A DNA stretch of 64,000 nt from an uncultured delta proteobacterium (GCA_963798485.1 CAWCTR010000007.1:288001-352000); one strand, 5' to 3'. Shown: positions 18,614 to 29,193, numbered from the stretch's first letter. Notes: generated from the sequence alone by a model not told the origin. Translations and numbers: made by a program.

Positions 18614-19145
18614 TAAATACCTCCTCAGTACATGGGCTGACAGACTCCATATAATAATATGATTTTTGAATTTCAGGATCTTGCAGTCCAGGTTCCTGAT
18701 AGCCAGATGTATTGGAAAGTTTATTAACATCCACGATGTAGATGAGACGAACCGGGGCCTTAGCTCCAAAATTCGCCTGGCCGTGACCAATTGCCAGGTC
18801 GCGCAGATCACCCGCAACAACTGGAACCAGCCTGTGATGAAACGCATCATATAATAAAATCCCTTCCTGCATGGCAACATAAAGATCAATTTCCTGTGAG
18901 TTACTTGCTGACGCAGCAGTTCTTCCAGGAATTCCAAATGGGCCTTTTTTACGGTTTACCCCACATGCTGCCCAGAGGAGATTTGAAAGCACTTGCAAAG
19001 AAAGTTTTTTATCACTCATTTCACGGATAGTTTTTCTTTGCTGTAATGCTTTTAATACTGATTTACCACGATCAAGTGTGGGTCTCGGTAGTTCGATCGA
19101 TAGCAGATTCTGTGAAGAACTTCTACCTAACGTTGTGTAATCCAT
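18579..19145 (-). pseudogene. SagB/ThcOx-type nitroreductase, probably C-terminally truncated
   Basis: ALQQRKTIRE, LSNLLWAACG, RTAASASNSQE. Similarity ends at KSYYY (about 18650) and the D.G.I..NVYL region is missing. Confidence 0.7.
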
Positions 19146-19199
19146 AATTGATTCTCCTGATGTCGGGTGGAATGAACCGAAATCAAAGAAGTCCGAATT

Positions 19200-19943
19200 T
19201 CATTGAATATCATCCAGGCTGTCAACAACCACATCCATATGCTCTTGAAGTACTTCTTTCGGAACGATACCGGGTAGGCCGATGGTGAGCATGACGCCGG
19301 AATTCTTCCCCAGCACTGCATCCATCACGGTATCGCCGATGAGCACTGCCGAGGATGGTTCCACCTGGAAGTGTTCGCAGATCTTGTTAATCATATCCGG
19401 GGCCGGCTTGGAGTTCTCGACGCTATCGGCCCCCACTACGATATCGATGTAATAAGCCGCGCCGATTGCCATCATGTCTGAGCCGGCGTCGGCGGCCTTG
19501 TCGTTGGTTGCTATGGCAGTATGGATACCTTTGTCCTTCAGCCGGGACAAGAGTGCAATGGCACCCTGTACGGGCCTGATACTCCTGTTTCTTGCATCCG
19601 ATCGGAAGACCTCATCCCCAACCTTTCGCACGATGTCCTGGGCCTTATCCCAACTGATGCCCTCCCGGTAGAGGCAGTAGGCCAGCAAGGCGTCGCACTC
19701 GATAAAGGTGCCCATGGCAAGCGGCCCGGAGCCGTCTATGGTGCCGTCATCTACCGAGATGCCAAGTGCTTCCTGAACCCTTAACCGTAAGGGTTCAGTC
19801 ATGGGGACATATTCCCCAAAAGTCTTTATGAGATTGGCAATGATCTCGATCCATGTAAGTCTGAAGTCGATTAACGTCCCGTCCTTATCAAAGATGACAA
19901 GCCCTGTTGTATATTCTTTTTCCAATATCCGCATGGTTGCCAC
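19200..19943 (-). CDS. HAD family hydrolase (phosphoglycolate phosphatase-like)
   Basis: FDKDGTL, ATND, KPAPD, IGDTVMD. Confidence 0.92.
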   Translation of the reverse strand: MATMRILEKEYTTGLVIFDKDGTLIDFRLTWIEIIANLIKTFGEYVPMTEPLRLRVQEALGISVDDGTIDGSGPLAMGTFIECDALLAYCLYREGISWDKAQDIVRKVGDEVFRSDARNRSIRPVQGAIALLSRLKDKGIHTAIATNDKAADAGSDMMAIGAAYYIDIVVGADSVENSKPAPDMINKICEHFQVEPSSAVLIGDTVMDAVLGKNSGVMLTIGLPGIVPKEVLQEHMDVVVDSLDDIQ

Positions 19944-20043
19944 CTGGATCCTCCTAATGGTTTTGCATAAAGGAACTTTTGGGATTGATTGGATACCATA
20001 CTTCCGTGATATATACTACCGGCTTTGCTAAGAAGGAGAGATC

Positions 20044-21279
20044 ATGACAGGAGTGTGCCATGCAATGAAGACTAAGCGAACCTTTGCCTACCTCATTATC
20101 ATTGTTACCGGGATATCAATTTGCTGCAGCCGCAACATACAGGCCGAGAATAATGAGGTCTCCGGACCCCAGTCGGGGGGGGCGGTAAAAATAGGTGTCT
20201 GCATGCCCATGGCGGGTCCATTGACAGAGGTTGCCAAGATACAGTCCGAGGGTATCCAGATGGCCCACGATATGGAAAAAGGCAAGGGGGGCATCCACGT
20301 TGAACTTGTATTCAAGGATTCCGGCGCGTCATCGCTGGATCTTTCCCAGGCCCTTCAGAGGCTGTTGGTGGACGATAAGGTATCAGGTATCATTTCGGCC
20401 GTGCCGGCTGATCTCATTGCTAAGGCCGGCGGTATCATGAAACAAAGGCCCGTTCCGTATATAGCAACGTCTTCGGCCAGGCGTGACTGGAAGACAAAAG
20501 AGGGACTGTCGGTGATCCGATTATGTACGAGCCTTGAGGATCAGGCCTATGCATGCGCCAGGTTCATGACGGATGTGATTCATGCCCGCAGGATAGGGCT
20601 TATCATTAACGACCGGGACGAAAGCTGTGTCAGGCTTGCCAGCCTGTTCTCCGCGGCTGTGGTAAAGGCAGGCGGCAGGATAGAGGATATTGCATATATA
20701 AAAGAGAGAGAAGACCCGGCATCCGCCATAACACACCTCATGGGCCGGAAGCCCGATGCTGTTTATATCCCTTTTTCCTGGGCGAACACCAGGGCAACGC
20801 TGAAAAAGATCCGCTCTTTTGATGCATCAAAACCCATCCTGGTGGGCAGTATTCAGCCTGAGGAGTCATTCCTGAGTGAGGTGGATAAGTCTCTGGAGGG
20901 TGTCTATATCCAGTCGAATTATATAGAAGAGAAGGTAACATCAGCAAAAGGCAAGGAATTCATTGAGTACTACTCAAAGCATGCCCGGAAAGGGTCTTGT
21001 CTCGGCTCAAGTATTGCTACCGGGGCTGATGCCTATTTTCTGATGCTTGACATGATATCGGCCCAGCAAAAGGCCAAACCTCATGAGGTGATTGCAGCCC
21101 CCTCCTCATGGAAGCCCTCGCTCCTGGGGATAACCCTCATAACAACCGCCGGCGATGCACAGAATCACCTGTCTTTCGGACAGATTAAGAGGAATTTCTT
21201 AGGTGGCGCCACGCTCAAGTATGTGGCATCAATCGTCGTTAACCGCTCAGATCCTGTCGCTAATGTTAGGGCTCAATAG
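20044..21279 (+). CDS. ABC substrate-binding protein, LivJ/K (type I periplasmic binding) family
   Basis: Signal peptide; VKIGVCMPMAGP, VELVFKD, KPDAVY. Confidence 0.8.
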   Translation: MTGVCHAMKTKRTFAYLIIIVTGISICCSRNIQAENNEVSGPQSGGAVKIGVCMPMAGPLTEVAKIQSEGIQMAHDMEKGKGGIHVELVFKDSGASSLDLSQALQRLLVDDKVSGIISAVPADLIAKAGGIMKQRPVPYIATSSARRDWKTKEGLSVIRLCTSLEDQAYACARFMTDVIHARRIGLIINDRDESCVRLASLFSAAVVKAGGRIEDIAYIKEREDPASAITHLMGRKPDAVYIPFSWANTRATLKKIRSFDASKPILVGSIQPEESFLSEVDKSLEGVYIQSNYIEEKVTSAKGKEFIEYYSKHARKGSCLGSSIATGADAYFLMLDMISAQQKAKPHEVIAAPSSWKPSLLGITLITTAGDAQNHLSFGQIKRNFLGGATLKYVASIVVNRSDPVANVRAQ

Positions 21280-21564
21280 CTTATCCGCCACTGCAGTAAG
21301 ATCAGGCTTGTAGGTGCCGTTTTCGATCTTTGTCTCGACCTCATTGACCTTGCCGGTACGGATATCAGGAGATTCTTTGACCGCAGTAAGTATGTCCTTC
21401 ATCAGACTCGCAGTGCTTGAAATGTTCACCCTATCGGCAGTCGGGGCGGCATTCGGTTTTGCAGCATTTGCAATTTCTTTGTCTTTATTGTTGAGTTGAA
21501 CACCTTGAGCCGATTGCGATGTATATGCCTTGAGGGCATCAGTGTTCGTAGTATTAATTTTCAT
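21247..21564 (-). CDS. flgM: Anti-sigma28 factor FlgM
   Basis: DRVNISS, DIRTGKV..IENGTYKPD..VADKL. Confidence 0.92.
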   Translation of the reverse strand: MKINTTNTDALKAYTSQSAQGVQLNNKDKEIANAAKPNAAPTADRVNISSTASLMKDILTAVKESPDIRTGKVNEVETKIENGTYKPDLTAVADKLLSPNISDRI

Positions 21565-21769
21565 CGATTAGCACCTCGTTCAATCCTTTCTGTAAACTGC
21601 TTTCCATAATATCCCTGAAAAGCCTTTTGCTCGCACGCTGGGATATCGTGACGGAATCCGCATCAAGCTCGCTGCCGGACTTTTCCACCCCATGTCTCAT
21701 GCTCGAAGACGCATTCTGTTTCTCATAGGTCCTCATGATGAGATTCATGAAGAGGCTTTTAACCTCCAT
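21554..21769 (-). CDS. Small FlgM-associated protein (DVU0524-like)
   Basis: IMRTYEKQ..DSVTIS motif, RBS AAGGAG, overlaps the flgM start. Confidence 0.65.
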   Translation of the reverse strand: MEVKSLFMNLIMRTYEKQNASSSMRHGVEKSGSELDADSVTISQRASKRLFRDIMESSLQKGLNEVLIDEN

Positions 21770-21807
21770 ACACACTCCTTGTGTTTAATCAGCCGTCCGT
21801 AACTTAA

Positions 21808-21834
21808 TTATCGGATTCTCACCGGAAATCTTTA
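21808..21834 (-). promoter_or_regulatory. Sigma28 (FliA) promoter for the flgM operon
   Basis: Minus strand reads TAAA-N15-TCCGATAA. Confidence 0.75.
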
Positions 21835-21959
21835 ACTTTATTTCTACAGGTGACCGGCGTCAGGCGCAAGGCTTTAAATGTCGGATCAGTCTTGAAGCAC
21901 CTGGAAAAAATTGCCTGTCTCGCAAGATAAGAAGCATGGACCAGAGCCGTTTTTATGGA

Positions 21960-21976
21960 TTGGCATCCCATTTGCT
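21960..21976 (+). promoter_or_regulatory. Sigma54 promoter for the flgF operon
   Basis: TTGGCATCCCATTTGCT (GG-N10-GC), 25 bp before flgF. Confidence 0.8.
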
Positions 21977-22001
21977 CAAATGAACCCAGAAAGGAGCACG
22001 T

Positions 22002-22745
22002 ATGGATCAGGGTATTTACACAGCGGCGGCAGGGGCGATTGCAATGGAGGAGAGGCTCAATATCATCTCCAACAACATTGCCAATCTGAACACTACCGGA
22101 TTCAAGAAAGACCAGATGAGCTTTGAACAGTATATGAAGCAACTGGACACGTCTTCGCTGTACCCCGGCCAGTACAGTACAGTGCCTATTGATGTCGTCG
22201 CGGTCAGCAGCTCCATTGACCTGACGCCAGGGACCCCTGTGAAAACAGGGAACCCCCTCGACGTTGCCCTGACGGGGGACGGATTCTTTGCGGTCAATAC
22301 CGGAAACGGCACCCGATACACCAGGGCAGGTTCGTTCCAGCTCAGTACGGATAATACGCTGATTACGCCGCGGGGAGATACCGTCCAAGGGCAGAGCGGG
22401 GACATCACGATTGATCCGGATAAAACCCAGATAGTGATCAGCCCCGAAGGGCAGGTCAGCCAGGATGGTGACGCGATCGGTACCCTTCAGGTGGTAAAGA
22501 TACCGGCCGATGCGCTTGTCCGGGAGGGTAACAACCTATTTTCCGTCAAAGACGGGGTTGCTCCGGAGACTGTTGATACCCCGGATGTCGTCCAAGGCAG
22601 CTTGGAGACGGCCAATGTGAATCCGATCACGGAGATGGTTGAGATGATCGCCGCTCAAAGGGCTTATGATGTCTTTCAGAAGGTGATCACGTCTGCAAAC
22701 CAAGCATATTCATACTCGATGCAAAATGTCGGTACTACAGCATAA
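22002..22745 (+). CDS. flgF: Flagellar basal-body rod protein FlgF
   Basis: SNNIANLNTTGFK, TGNPLDVAL, YTRAG, QGSLETANVN. Confidence 0.9.
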   Translation: MDQGIYTAAAGAIAMEERLNIISNNIANLNTTGFKKDQMSFEQYMKQLDTSSLYPGQYSTVPIDVVAVSSSIDLTPGTPVKTGNPLDVALTGDGFFAVNTGNGTRYTRAGSFQLSTDNTLITPRGDTVQGQSGDITIDPDKTQIVISPEGQVSQDGDAIGTLQVVKIPADALVREGNNLFSVKDGVAPETVDTPDVVQGSLETANVNPITEMVEMIAAQRAYDVFQKVITSANQAYSYSMQNVGTTA

Positions 22746-22762
22746 CAAAAGGAGGAAAGATT

Positions 22763-23545
22763 ATGATTCGAGCCATGTGGACCGCTGCTACGGGCATGAA
22801 TGCCCAGGAGCTCATGGTCAATACCATTGCCAATAACCTGGCGAACGCGAATACCACAAGCTTCAAGAAGAGCAGGGTGGATTTTGAGGATCTTTATTAT
22901 GCCATATATAATCAACCGGGCAGTCAAACCCCTGCCGGAGGAACCGTGCCTGTGGGGATTCAGGTGGGCATGGGCGTGCAGGCGGCTGCCATCGAGAAGG
23001 TCTTTACACAGGGCGACTACTCTGAAACAGGTAATAACCTGGATATGGCCATCCAGGGCAACGGGTTTTTCCACCTCGTTTCGAACGGGACCGATGTCTA
23101 TACACGGGACGGTTCTTTCCAGATGGACTCAGAAGGTTATATTGTGGATTCCATGGGAGACCGGTTGCAGCCCGATTTCAAAGTGCCCCAGCAGACCTCC
23201 AACATAACGGTTTCCAATACGGGACAGATCAACTGCCTGTCGAGCAGCGGCACAGTTCTGGCCACAGGGAACATCCCCACCTACATCTTCCCTAACACGG
23301 CAGGCCTGCAATCCATCGGCATGAATCAGTATATACCGACCCCTGCATCAGGGGATGCCATTGAGGGAACACCGGGTACATATAACTTCGGCACCATCTC
23401 ACAGGGTAACCTGGAGATGTCCAATGTGGATGCCATTACGGAAATGGTCGGCATGATTGCGGCCCAGAGGGCATATGAACTTAACTCCAAATGCATTACC
23501 GTCTCGGATGAAATGCTTCAGACGGCCTCAGGTATTGTGAGATAG
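22763..23545 (+). CDS. flgG: Flagellar distal rod protein FlgG
   Basis: MIRAMWTAATGM, ANNLAN, AQRAYELNSK; 260 aa. Confidence 0.95.
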   Translation: MIRAMWTAATGMNAQELMVNTIANNLANANTTSFKKSRVDFEDLYYAIYNQPGSQTPAGGTVPVGIQVGMGVQAAAIEKVFTQGDYSETGNNLDMAIQGNGFFHLVSNGTDVYTRDGSFQMDSEGYIVDSMGDRLQPDFKVPQQTSNITVSNTGQINCLSSSGTVLATGNIPTYIFPNTAGLQSIGMNQYIPTPASGDAIEGTPGTYNFGTISQGNLEMSNVDAITEMVGMIAAQRAYELNSKCITVSDEMLQTASGIVR

Positions 23546-23551
23546 AACCAG

Positions 23552-24499
23552 ATGCAAAGGCTTATCATGACAGTATGTCTCGTCTGCGGACTTTCTCTGC
23601 CGCTCACCGCATTTGCCGACACGGTGGTGGATCTTAAAAGGGAGGTTGCGGTTGCCGGGAAGACCGTGATGCTTTCAGACTTAGCCGAGATAAACGGAGA
23701 GGATGCATCACTGCTCGGTAGCATTGCCATTGTCAAGCCCCCTACTGGCTCCTTTGACTTGTATATCTCGGCCAAAACCGTTGCCGACACGGTACGCTCC
23801 CATTACCTGGGCGTGATAGTTTTCACCGGTGCATCCAAAACGCATGCCGTTTCGTGCACGGTGGAGGTGCCTGAAGATGCTATGAAGAAGGTCTTTGTCG
23901 AAGAGATCATCAAGAACAGCCCCTGGAATAATTCAGGCAGGATAGAGGTGTCCTACGTAAGGGTATCCCGGCTTCCGAAGGTTCTTCAGGTAGATTCGAA
24001 CACCATACAGGCAAAATTTTCCTCCCACGAAAGGTATCTCGGATTCGTAACGGCGACCATGCTTATCGGTAGCGGACCATTCCCTGCGATGGTGACCGTA
24101 ACCGGAAAGGTCAAACTTATAGCAGATATCCCCGTGGTAAAGACAAAGGTCGCCTCAGGTAAGATCATTGCGCCGGGTGATCTTGTGATGAGGTCTTTGG
24201 ATATCTCATCATGTCCCTATGCCTATACCAGCCTTGAAGACTGTGTGGGCAAGCGGTCAAGGGTGACGCTGCTGGAGGGCAACCCCATACTGCCTTCGCA
24301 GGTGCAGCGAAAACCGGATGTATGTTCCGGAGAGATAGTCTCCATCGAGGTCAGGGTGAATGACCTTGTGGTCAGGGATAAGGGTGTGGCCATGAAGGAC
24401 GGGTATCAGGGTGATGCGATCCCCGTAAAGAACATCTCTTCGGGTCGACAAGTAATTGGCACCATTATTGCTGCGTCACTGGTGCAGGTTGAGCTGTAG
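23552..24499 (+). CDS. flgA: P-ring formation chaperone FlgA
   Basis: Signal peptide, SAF-like domain, GVAMKDGYQGDAIPVKNISS; synteny. Confidence 0.88.
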   Translation: MQRLIMTVCLVCGLSLPLTAFADTVVDLKREVAVAGKTVMLSDLAEINGEDASLLGSIAIVKPPTGSFDLYISAKTVADTVRSHYLGVIVFTGASKTHAVSCTVEVPEDAMKKVFVEEIIKNSPWNNSGRIEVSYVRVSRLPKVLQVDSNTIQAKFSSHERYLGFVTATMLIGSGPFPAMVTVTGKVKLIADIPVVKTKVASGKIIAPGDLVMRSLDISSCPYAYTSLEDCVGKRSRVTLLEGNPILPSQVQRKPDVCSGEIVSIEVRVNDLVVRDKGVAMKDGYQGDAIPVKNISSGRQVIGTIIAASLVQVEL

Positions 24500-24507
24500 G
24501 AGGCGAA

Positions 24508-25173
24508 ATGAAGGCACATCAGAACCTAATACTTTTTATTGTAGCGGCTGTTCTAAGCGCATGTTCACATACTCCCAAAGACTTCGATCGTACCGATGAT
24601 GAGTTGTCGATGCCCATCGGAGATCAGGTCGAATACACGCAGAGCCCAGGTTCCCTGTGGGCGCCGACCGCCAAATATTCGGATATGTATAGCGACCATA
24701 AGGCACGGCAGGTCGGGGACCTTGTCATTATCAATATATCCGAGAGCTCGTCAGCGGATAAACAGGCAAAGACCGATACCTCGAAGGACAGTAGTATAGC
24801 CGCCTCGGTAACGGACTTTCTTGGCTTTCATACACACCCCCAGGTACAGACCGGCAGCGCTTCAACGTTTACCGGGGATGGGGAGACCTCACGGAGCGGC
24901 ACCCTGACTGCAGTCGTATCTGCCCGTATAGTAAGGGTCCTTCCTGATGGAAACTTCGTCATCAGGGGCAAGAAACAGATCAGGGTGAACGATGAGTCTC
25001 AGTACATAACGGTCTCCGGGATCATCAGACTTGATGACATACAAAGTGATAATTCTGTCGCGTCGGCCAATGTAGCAGATTTGAAAGTCGATTATTATGG
25101 GAAAGGTATTCTTGGCGACCAGCAGGATAAGGGCTTCCTAGCAAAGGCTTTCGACAAAGTATGGCCGTTTTAG
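24508..25173 (+). CDS. flgH: Flagellar L-ring protein FlgH
   Basis: Lipobox LSAC, GSLW, DHKARQVGD, WPF end. Confidence 0.95.
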   Translation: MKAHQNLILFIVAAVLSACSHTPKDFDRTDDELSMPIGDQVEYTQSPGSLWAPTAKYSDMYSDHKARQVGDLVIINISESSSADKQAKTDTSKDSSIAASVTDFLGFHTHPQVQTGSASTFTGDGETSRSGTLTAVVSARIVRVLPDGNFVIRGKKQIRVNDESQYITVSGIIRLDDIQSDNSVASANVADLKVDYYGKGILGDQQDKGFLAKAFDKVWPF

Positions 25174-25182
25174 AGGTGGATC

Positions 25183-26277
25183 ATGAAGAAGATAACCCTA
25201 GCTATTGTTAGTATACTCTTTGCGGCACAACCACTCCTGGCAGTACGCGTGAAGGACCTTGTCGAGATCCAAGGGGTGAGGGAGAACAAGTTGTCAGGGT
25301 ACGGGTTGGTAATGGGTCTGAACGGTACCGGGGACAAGGCCGGAACAGGCAATGAGTATACTATCTATTCCGTAACAAACATGCTCCGGAATATGGGTAT
25401 CAAGGTCAACGCCACTGACCTGAAGATGAAGAACATAGCGGCGGTCATCGTCACATCGTCGCTTCCACCGTTTGCCAAGAGTTCCCAAAAAATTGATTGC
25501 ACGGTCTCTTCCATGGGTGATGCAACCTCCATAGCAGGCGGCACCCTTATCTCTACACCGCTCTATGGCCCTGACGGAAAGGTCTATGCCCTGGCCCAGG
25601 GTCCTATATCGGTCGGCGGCTTTGCGGTGAGCGGGGCCTCGGGATCCGGGGTGACTAAAAACTTTCCTACTGCGGGAATGATCCCGGGTGGTGCCATTGT
25701 TGAGCGTTCGCTCGAACTGAGCATGGGCCCGCAGATGACACTGGTCATGAATAATCCTGATTTCACAACCGCGGGCAGACTCGTACGATCAATCAACGAA
25801 AAACTGGGTGCCCAGGTGGCCAATGCCCAAGACCTTTCCACCATCCGGCTTGATGTGCCGGCCTCCTACCAGAACAGGCTTGTTGACTTCGTAGAGATTA
25901 TCGAGGCGGTCGATGTGACGCCGGACAACCGGGCAAGAGTCATTGTGAACGAACGGACCGGTACCGTGGTCATGGGTGGCGATGTGAAGATCTCCACCGT
26001 GGCTATCGCACATGGTAATCTGAGTATCAAGGTTTCCGAGCGTCCACAGGTATCGCAGCCCCTGGCGTTATCGCAAGGCACTACCACCGTAGTCCCGCAG
26101 ACCGGGGTCCAGGTGGAAGAGGGTGGCAAAAGGCTTATTTTGCTTAAGAGCGGGGTCAGCATAAGCGACCTTGTAGCTTCATTAAATGCCGTCGGGGTAT
26201 CACCGAGAGACCTTATCACCATCATACAGGCTATCAAGCGGGCAGGTGCCTTGTACGCCGACCTGGAGGTCATATGA
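25183..26277 (+). CDS. flgI: Flagellar P-ring protein FlgI
   Basis: RVKDL, GYGLVMGLNGTGD, NERTGTVV, AGALYADL. Confidence 0.97.
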   Translation: MKKITLAIVSILFAAQPLLAVRVKDLVEIQGVRENKLSGYGLVMGLNGTGDKAGTGNEYTIYSVTNMLRNMGIKVNATDLKMKNIAAVIVTSSLPPFAKSSQKIDCTVSSMGDATSIAGGTLISTPLYGPDGKVYALAQGPISVGGFAVSGASGSGVTKNFPTAGMIPGGAIVERSLELSMGPQMTLVMNNPDFTTAGRLVRSINEKLGAQVANAQDLSTIRLDVPASYQNRLVDFVEIIEAVDVTPDNRARVIVNERTGTVVMGGDVKISTVAIAHGNLSIKVSERPQVSQPLALSQGTTTVVPQTGVQVEEGGKRLILLKSGVSISDLVASLNAVGVSPRDLITIIQAIKRAGALYADLEVI

Positions 26278-26600
26278 TCGGCGATGTCAACATGCCCGGT
26301 GAAATGAAGCAGAGCAACTCTGTAAAGGCATTGGATAAGGTCTGCAAGGAGTTTGAGACCCTGTTTGTCCACCAGCTTTTGAAGACCATGACCGAATCCG
26401 TGCCGAAAGGTTCGTTGGAGGAAGGTCCCGGAGAAGATATTTACAAGGATATGTTCAATCAGGAACTTGCAAAGAGCATCGGACAGTCCGGGGCGTTAGG
26501 TATTGCGGATATCATCAAGAAGCACATACAGCAGCATTTCGGCGAGGACGGAAAGACAAGGCAGGGTAACGTTCACAAGGAAAATGATAATGACCGATAA
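26274..26600 (+). CDS. flgJ: FlgJ rod-binding domain protein (no muramidase domain)
   Basis: CKEFETLFVHQLLKTM, DMFNQELA, LGIAD. Confidence 0.88.
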   Translation: MIGDVNMPGEMKQSNSVKALDKVCKEFETLFVHQLLKTMTESVPKGSLEEGPGEDIYKDMFNQELAKSIGQSGALGIADIIKKHIQQHFGEDGKTRQGNVHKENDNDR

Positions 26601-26634
26601 AGATAATGAAGATGGACAAGACCAGGGGGTCGAT

Positions 26635-27057
26635 ATGACATATACGGATTTTATCCAAAGGCTTCAACTGGAAAAAGAGCTTGTGGAAAGGCTTAATGCA
26701 CATTTACAAAGGGAGCTCGATCTCATCACGGAAGGTAATGTCCAGACACTCGAAGAATCCATGCCCTTTAAGCAGAAGCTTTTAAAGGGTATAGCAGATA
26801 ACCGCCAAGGCCACGAGGAACCGCAAGGAGAGCCTTGGCCTGAGCAGGCACAAAGAATGCGGGCACTCCAAAAAGATCTGGTCGGGCTCTGGAAAAAGGC
26901 AAGTGGGCTTAATGAGATTTCCAAGAAGCTTGTAAAACAGCGGATCTTTGAGATTAATGACCAGCTCGAGATATTCTTTGCAGGCCTGAAGGACGGATAC
27001 ACCAGGGATGGCAAAAAATCTGCCGTTTCTTTGCATACCATAAAGACAGGAGCCTGA
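26635..27057 (+). CDS. flgN: Flagellar export chaperone FlgN-like
   Basis: Helical protein between flgJ and flgK with a C-terminal GYTRDG; start could be 26584. Confidence 0.7.
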   Translation: MTYTDFIQRLQLEKELVERLNAHLQRELDLITEGNVQTLEESMPFKQKLLKGIADNRQGHEEPQGEPWPEQAQRMRALQKDLVGLWKKASGLNEISKKLVKQRIFEINDQLEIFFAGLKDGYTRDGKKSAVSLHTIKTGA

Positions 27058-27058
27058 T

Positions 27059-28858
27059 ATGGCGGGTATAAGCGGAGCAATGGATATTGCCGCAGGGGCA
27101 ATGTTTACTTCCCAGCTCTCCATGGAGGTAACATCGAATAACATTGCCAATGCCAACACACAAGGGTATTCCAAACAGAATTTAGTGCTCCAGGCAAACA
27201 ACCCCATCACTATGGTCCCTGGGCAGCTCGGGACAGGGGTAAAGGCTACGGAGGTGACGAGGCAGTATAATGCCTTTCTCAATTCCCAAGTGGTACAGAA
27301 GCAATCAGATTATTCCTATTGGAGTACCCAGAACGACGCCATGACCCAGGTCGAAAGCATCTTCAATGAGACCGACGACAATGGGCTTAACGCCATGATG
27401 AGCGATTTCTGGAATTCCTGGAGCGATCTTGAAAACAATCCGGATGGCACCCCTGAGAGGACTTCCTTGCTGGAAAATACCGACAACCTGATATCCACGG
27501 TCCAGAGCATGGATACAAACCTGACGGCCAATCAGACGAACCTTGATGCCAACATTGTCGGCGCTGTAACCGATGTGAACAATATTCTTAAGCAAATTGC
27601 CACCCTGAACACCGAAATATCCAATGTAGAGGTCAAAGGCACGACCAATGCCAACGACCTGCGGGATCAAAGAGACCTGCTCTTGCAAAACCTTTCTAAA
27701 CACATTGATATCACCTCTTATGAGGATAGTTCTAACGGCCAGGTCAATGTATTCATCATGGGGGGAACCCCGCTTGTTCTTGGACAAAACGCATACAGTT
27801 TGAGTACGGCTAAAAACACTACTACCGGCTTCTCAGATGTTTTTTGGGATGATGCATCAGGGAGGACTGTCAACCTCACCAGCCCCAGCATTAAGCTCAA
27901 GGGTGGTGATATCGCGGGTATGGTGAATGTAAGGGATACACAGATCGGTTCATACCTGGATTCTTTAAACACGCTCACCAAGGCGATCGTATGGCAGGTG
28001 AACTCCCTGCATAGCGAAGGCACAGGGCTTCAGAGTGTCAGCAGTATGGCCGGCACGGTCCAAACCACAGGGGATAAAGACCTTTCTTCCGATTTTCTCT
28101 TCAGTGATGGGTATAACCCGACCGGCACCTTCGACATCACGGTAAACGATGCGAACGGCAATCCGACAAACTACACAATCGATACCGCTGCCTATGGAAC
28201 CGAGCACGGGACATCTGGTACCACGGTCAACGACCTCATCGGAGCGATCAATGAACAAACCGGGGGAAATATCACTGCCGGCCTGGATGCTGCCGGTCAT
28301 TTCCAGATGGCTGCATCCAGCGGTGAAACCTTTAACGTTAATCCAAGCTCCACCGGTTCGTCGAGCAACGCCCTGGCCATCCTCGGAGTGAATACGTTCT
28401 TTTCTTGGACAGAAACAGCGGGTCAGCCGGTCCAAGACATAACCGAAACCGTTGATGTCAATCCGGCCCTCAGTGCAAATCCCAATCTCATTTCATCCGG
28501 ATATCTTGATAGTGACAATATGGTGGCGCCCGGTGCAAACGATGTCGCCAGCGCCATAGCCGCACTCCAGGACAAGGCTATACCCAATATAGGAGGCCCC
28601 GGGGTGAGTACCACCATGGATGCCTACTACAATTCCCTGGTGGCACAGGTTGGTATTGATTCACAGAATGCAAGTCAAAACGAAAAGTTCAACGACACCT
28701 TATTAAGTCAGTACACGCAGAGCCAACAGTCGGTTTCCGGTGTAAACCTGGATGATGAGATGACTGATCTCTTGAAAAATCAACAACTTTACCAGGCCTC
28801 TGCGAAGCTGATATCCATCTGTGATGATATGATGCAGTCATTGCTTTCAATAACATAA
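27059..28858 (+). CDS. flgK: Hook-associated protein FlgK
   Basis: TSNNIANANTQGYSKQ, NDLRDQRD, VSGVNLDDE, YQASAK. Confidence 0.96.
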   Translation: MAGISGAMDIAAGAMFTSQLSMEVTSNNIANANTQGYSKQNLVLQANNPITMVPGQLGTGVKATEVTRQYNAFLNSQVVQKQSDYSYWSTQNDAMTQVESIFNETDDNGLNAMMSDFWNSWSDLENNPDGTPERTSLLENTDNLISTVQSMDTNLTANQTNLDANIVGAVTDVNNILKQIATLNTEISNVEVKGTTNANDLRDQRDLLLQNLSKHIDITSYEDSSNGQVNVFIMGGTPLVLGQNAYSLSTAKNTTTGFSDVFWDDASGRTVNLTSPSIKLKGGDIAGMVNVRDTQIGSYLDSLNTLTKAIVWQVNSLHSEGTGLQSVSSMAGTVQTTGDKDLSSDFLFSDGYNPTGTFDITVNDANGNPTNYTIDTAAYGTEHGTSGTTVNDLIGAINEQTGGNITAGLDAAGHFQMAASSGETFNVNPSSTGSSSNALAILGVNTFFSWTETAGQPVQDITETVDVNPALSANPNLISSGYLDSDNMVAPGANDVASAIAALQDKAIPNIGGPGVSTTMDAYYNSLVAQVGIDSQNASQNEKFNDTLLSQYTQSQQSVSGVNLDDEMTDLLKNQQLYQASAKLISICDDMMQSLLSIT

Positions 28859-28900
28859 TCATGTAATACTTCACTCAAAGTACACTCCATGGGGGTTTCA

Positions 28901-29137
28901 TTGCTGATATTGACAAGGAAAGTCGGCGAATCTGTAGCCATCGGCGATGATATCCAGGTATCCGTGGTTGAGATCAAGGGAACCCAGGTCAAGCTTGGTA
29001 TACGAGCTCCCAAGGATGTTACGGTGCACCGTGAAGAGATATATCTGAAGATCCAGGAAGAGAACAGGAGGGCCTCCCAGGTGTCGACAGATGCCCTGGG
29101 GTCAGTAGAGGATCTGATCTTAAAGAAAGAATCATGA
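28901..29137 (+). CDS. csrA: Carbon storage regulator CsrA
   Basis: TTG start; [28 protein letters not shown]. Confidence 0.96.
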   Translation: MLILTRKVGESVAIGDDIQVSVVEIKGTQVKLGIRAPKDVTVHREEIYLKIQEENRRASQVSTDALGSVEDLILKKES

Positions 29138-29193
29138 ACTAAAAAGTCGTACTGAACGCCAAGAATAAATAATCAAACAGGAGGTATAAAACC

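Noticed and set aside
18614-18937. N-terminal extension making the M28 protein 1085 aa
   Set aside because: It overlaps the nitroreductase in another frame, and a strong RBS supports ATG 18613.
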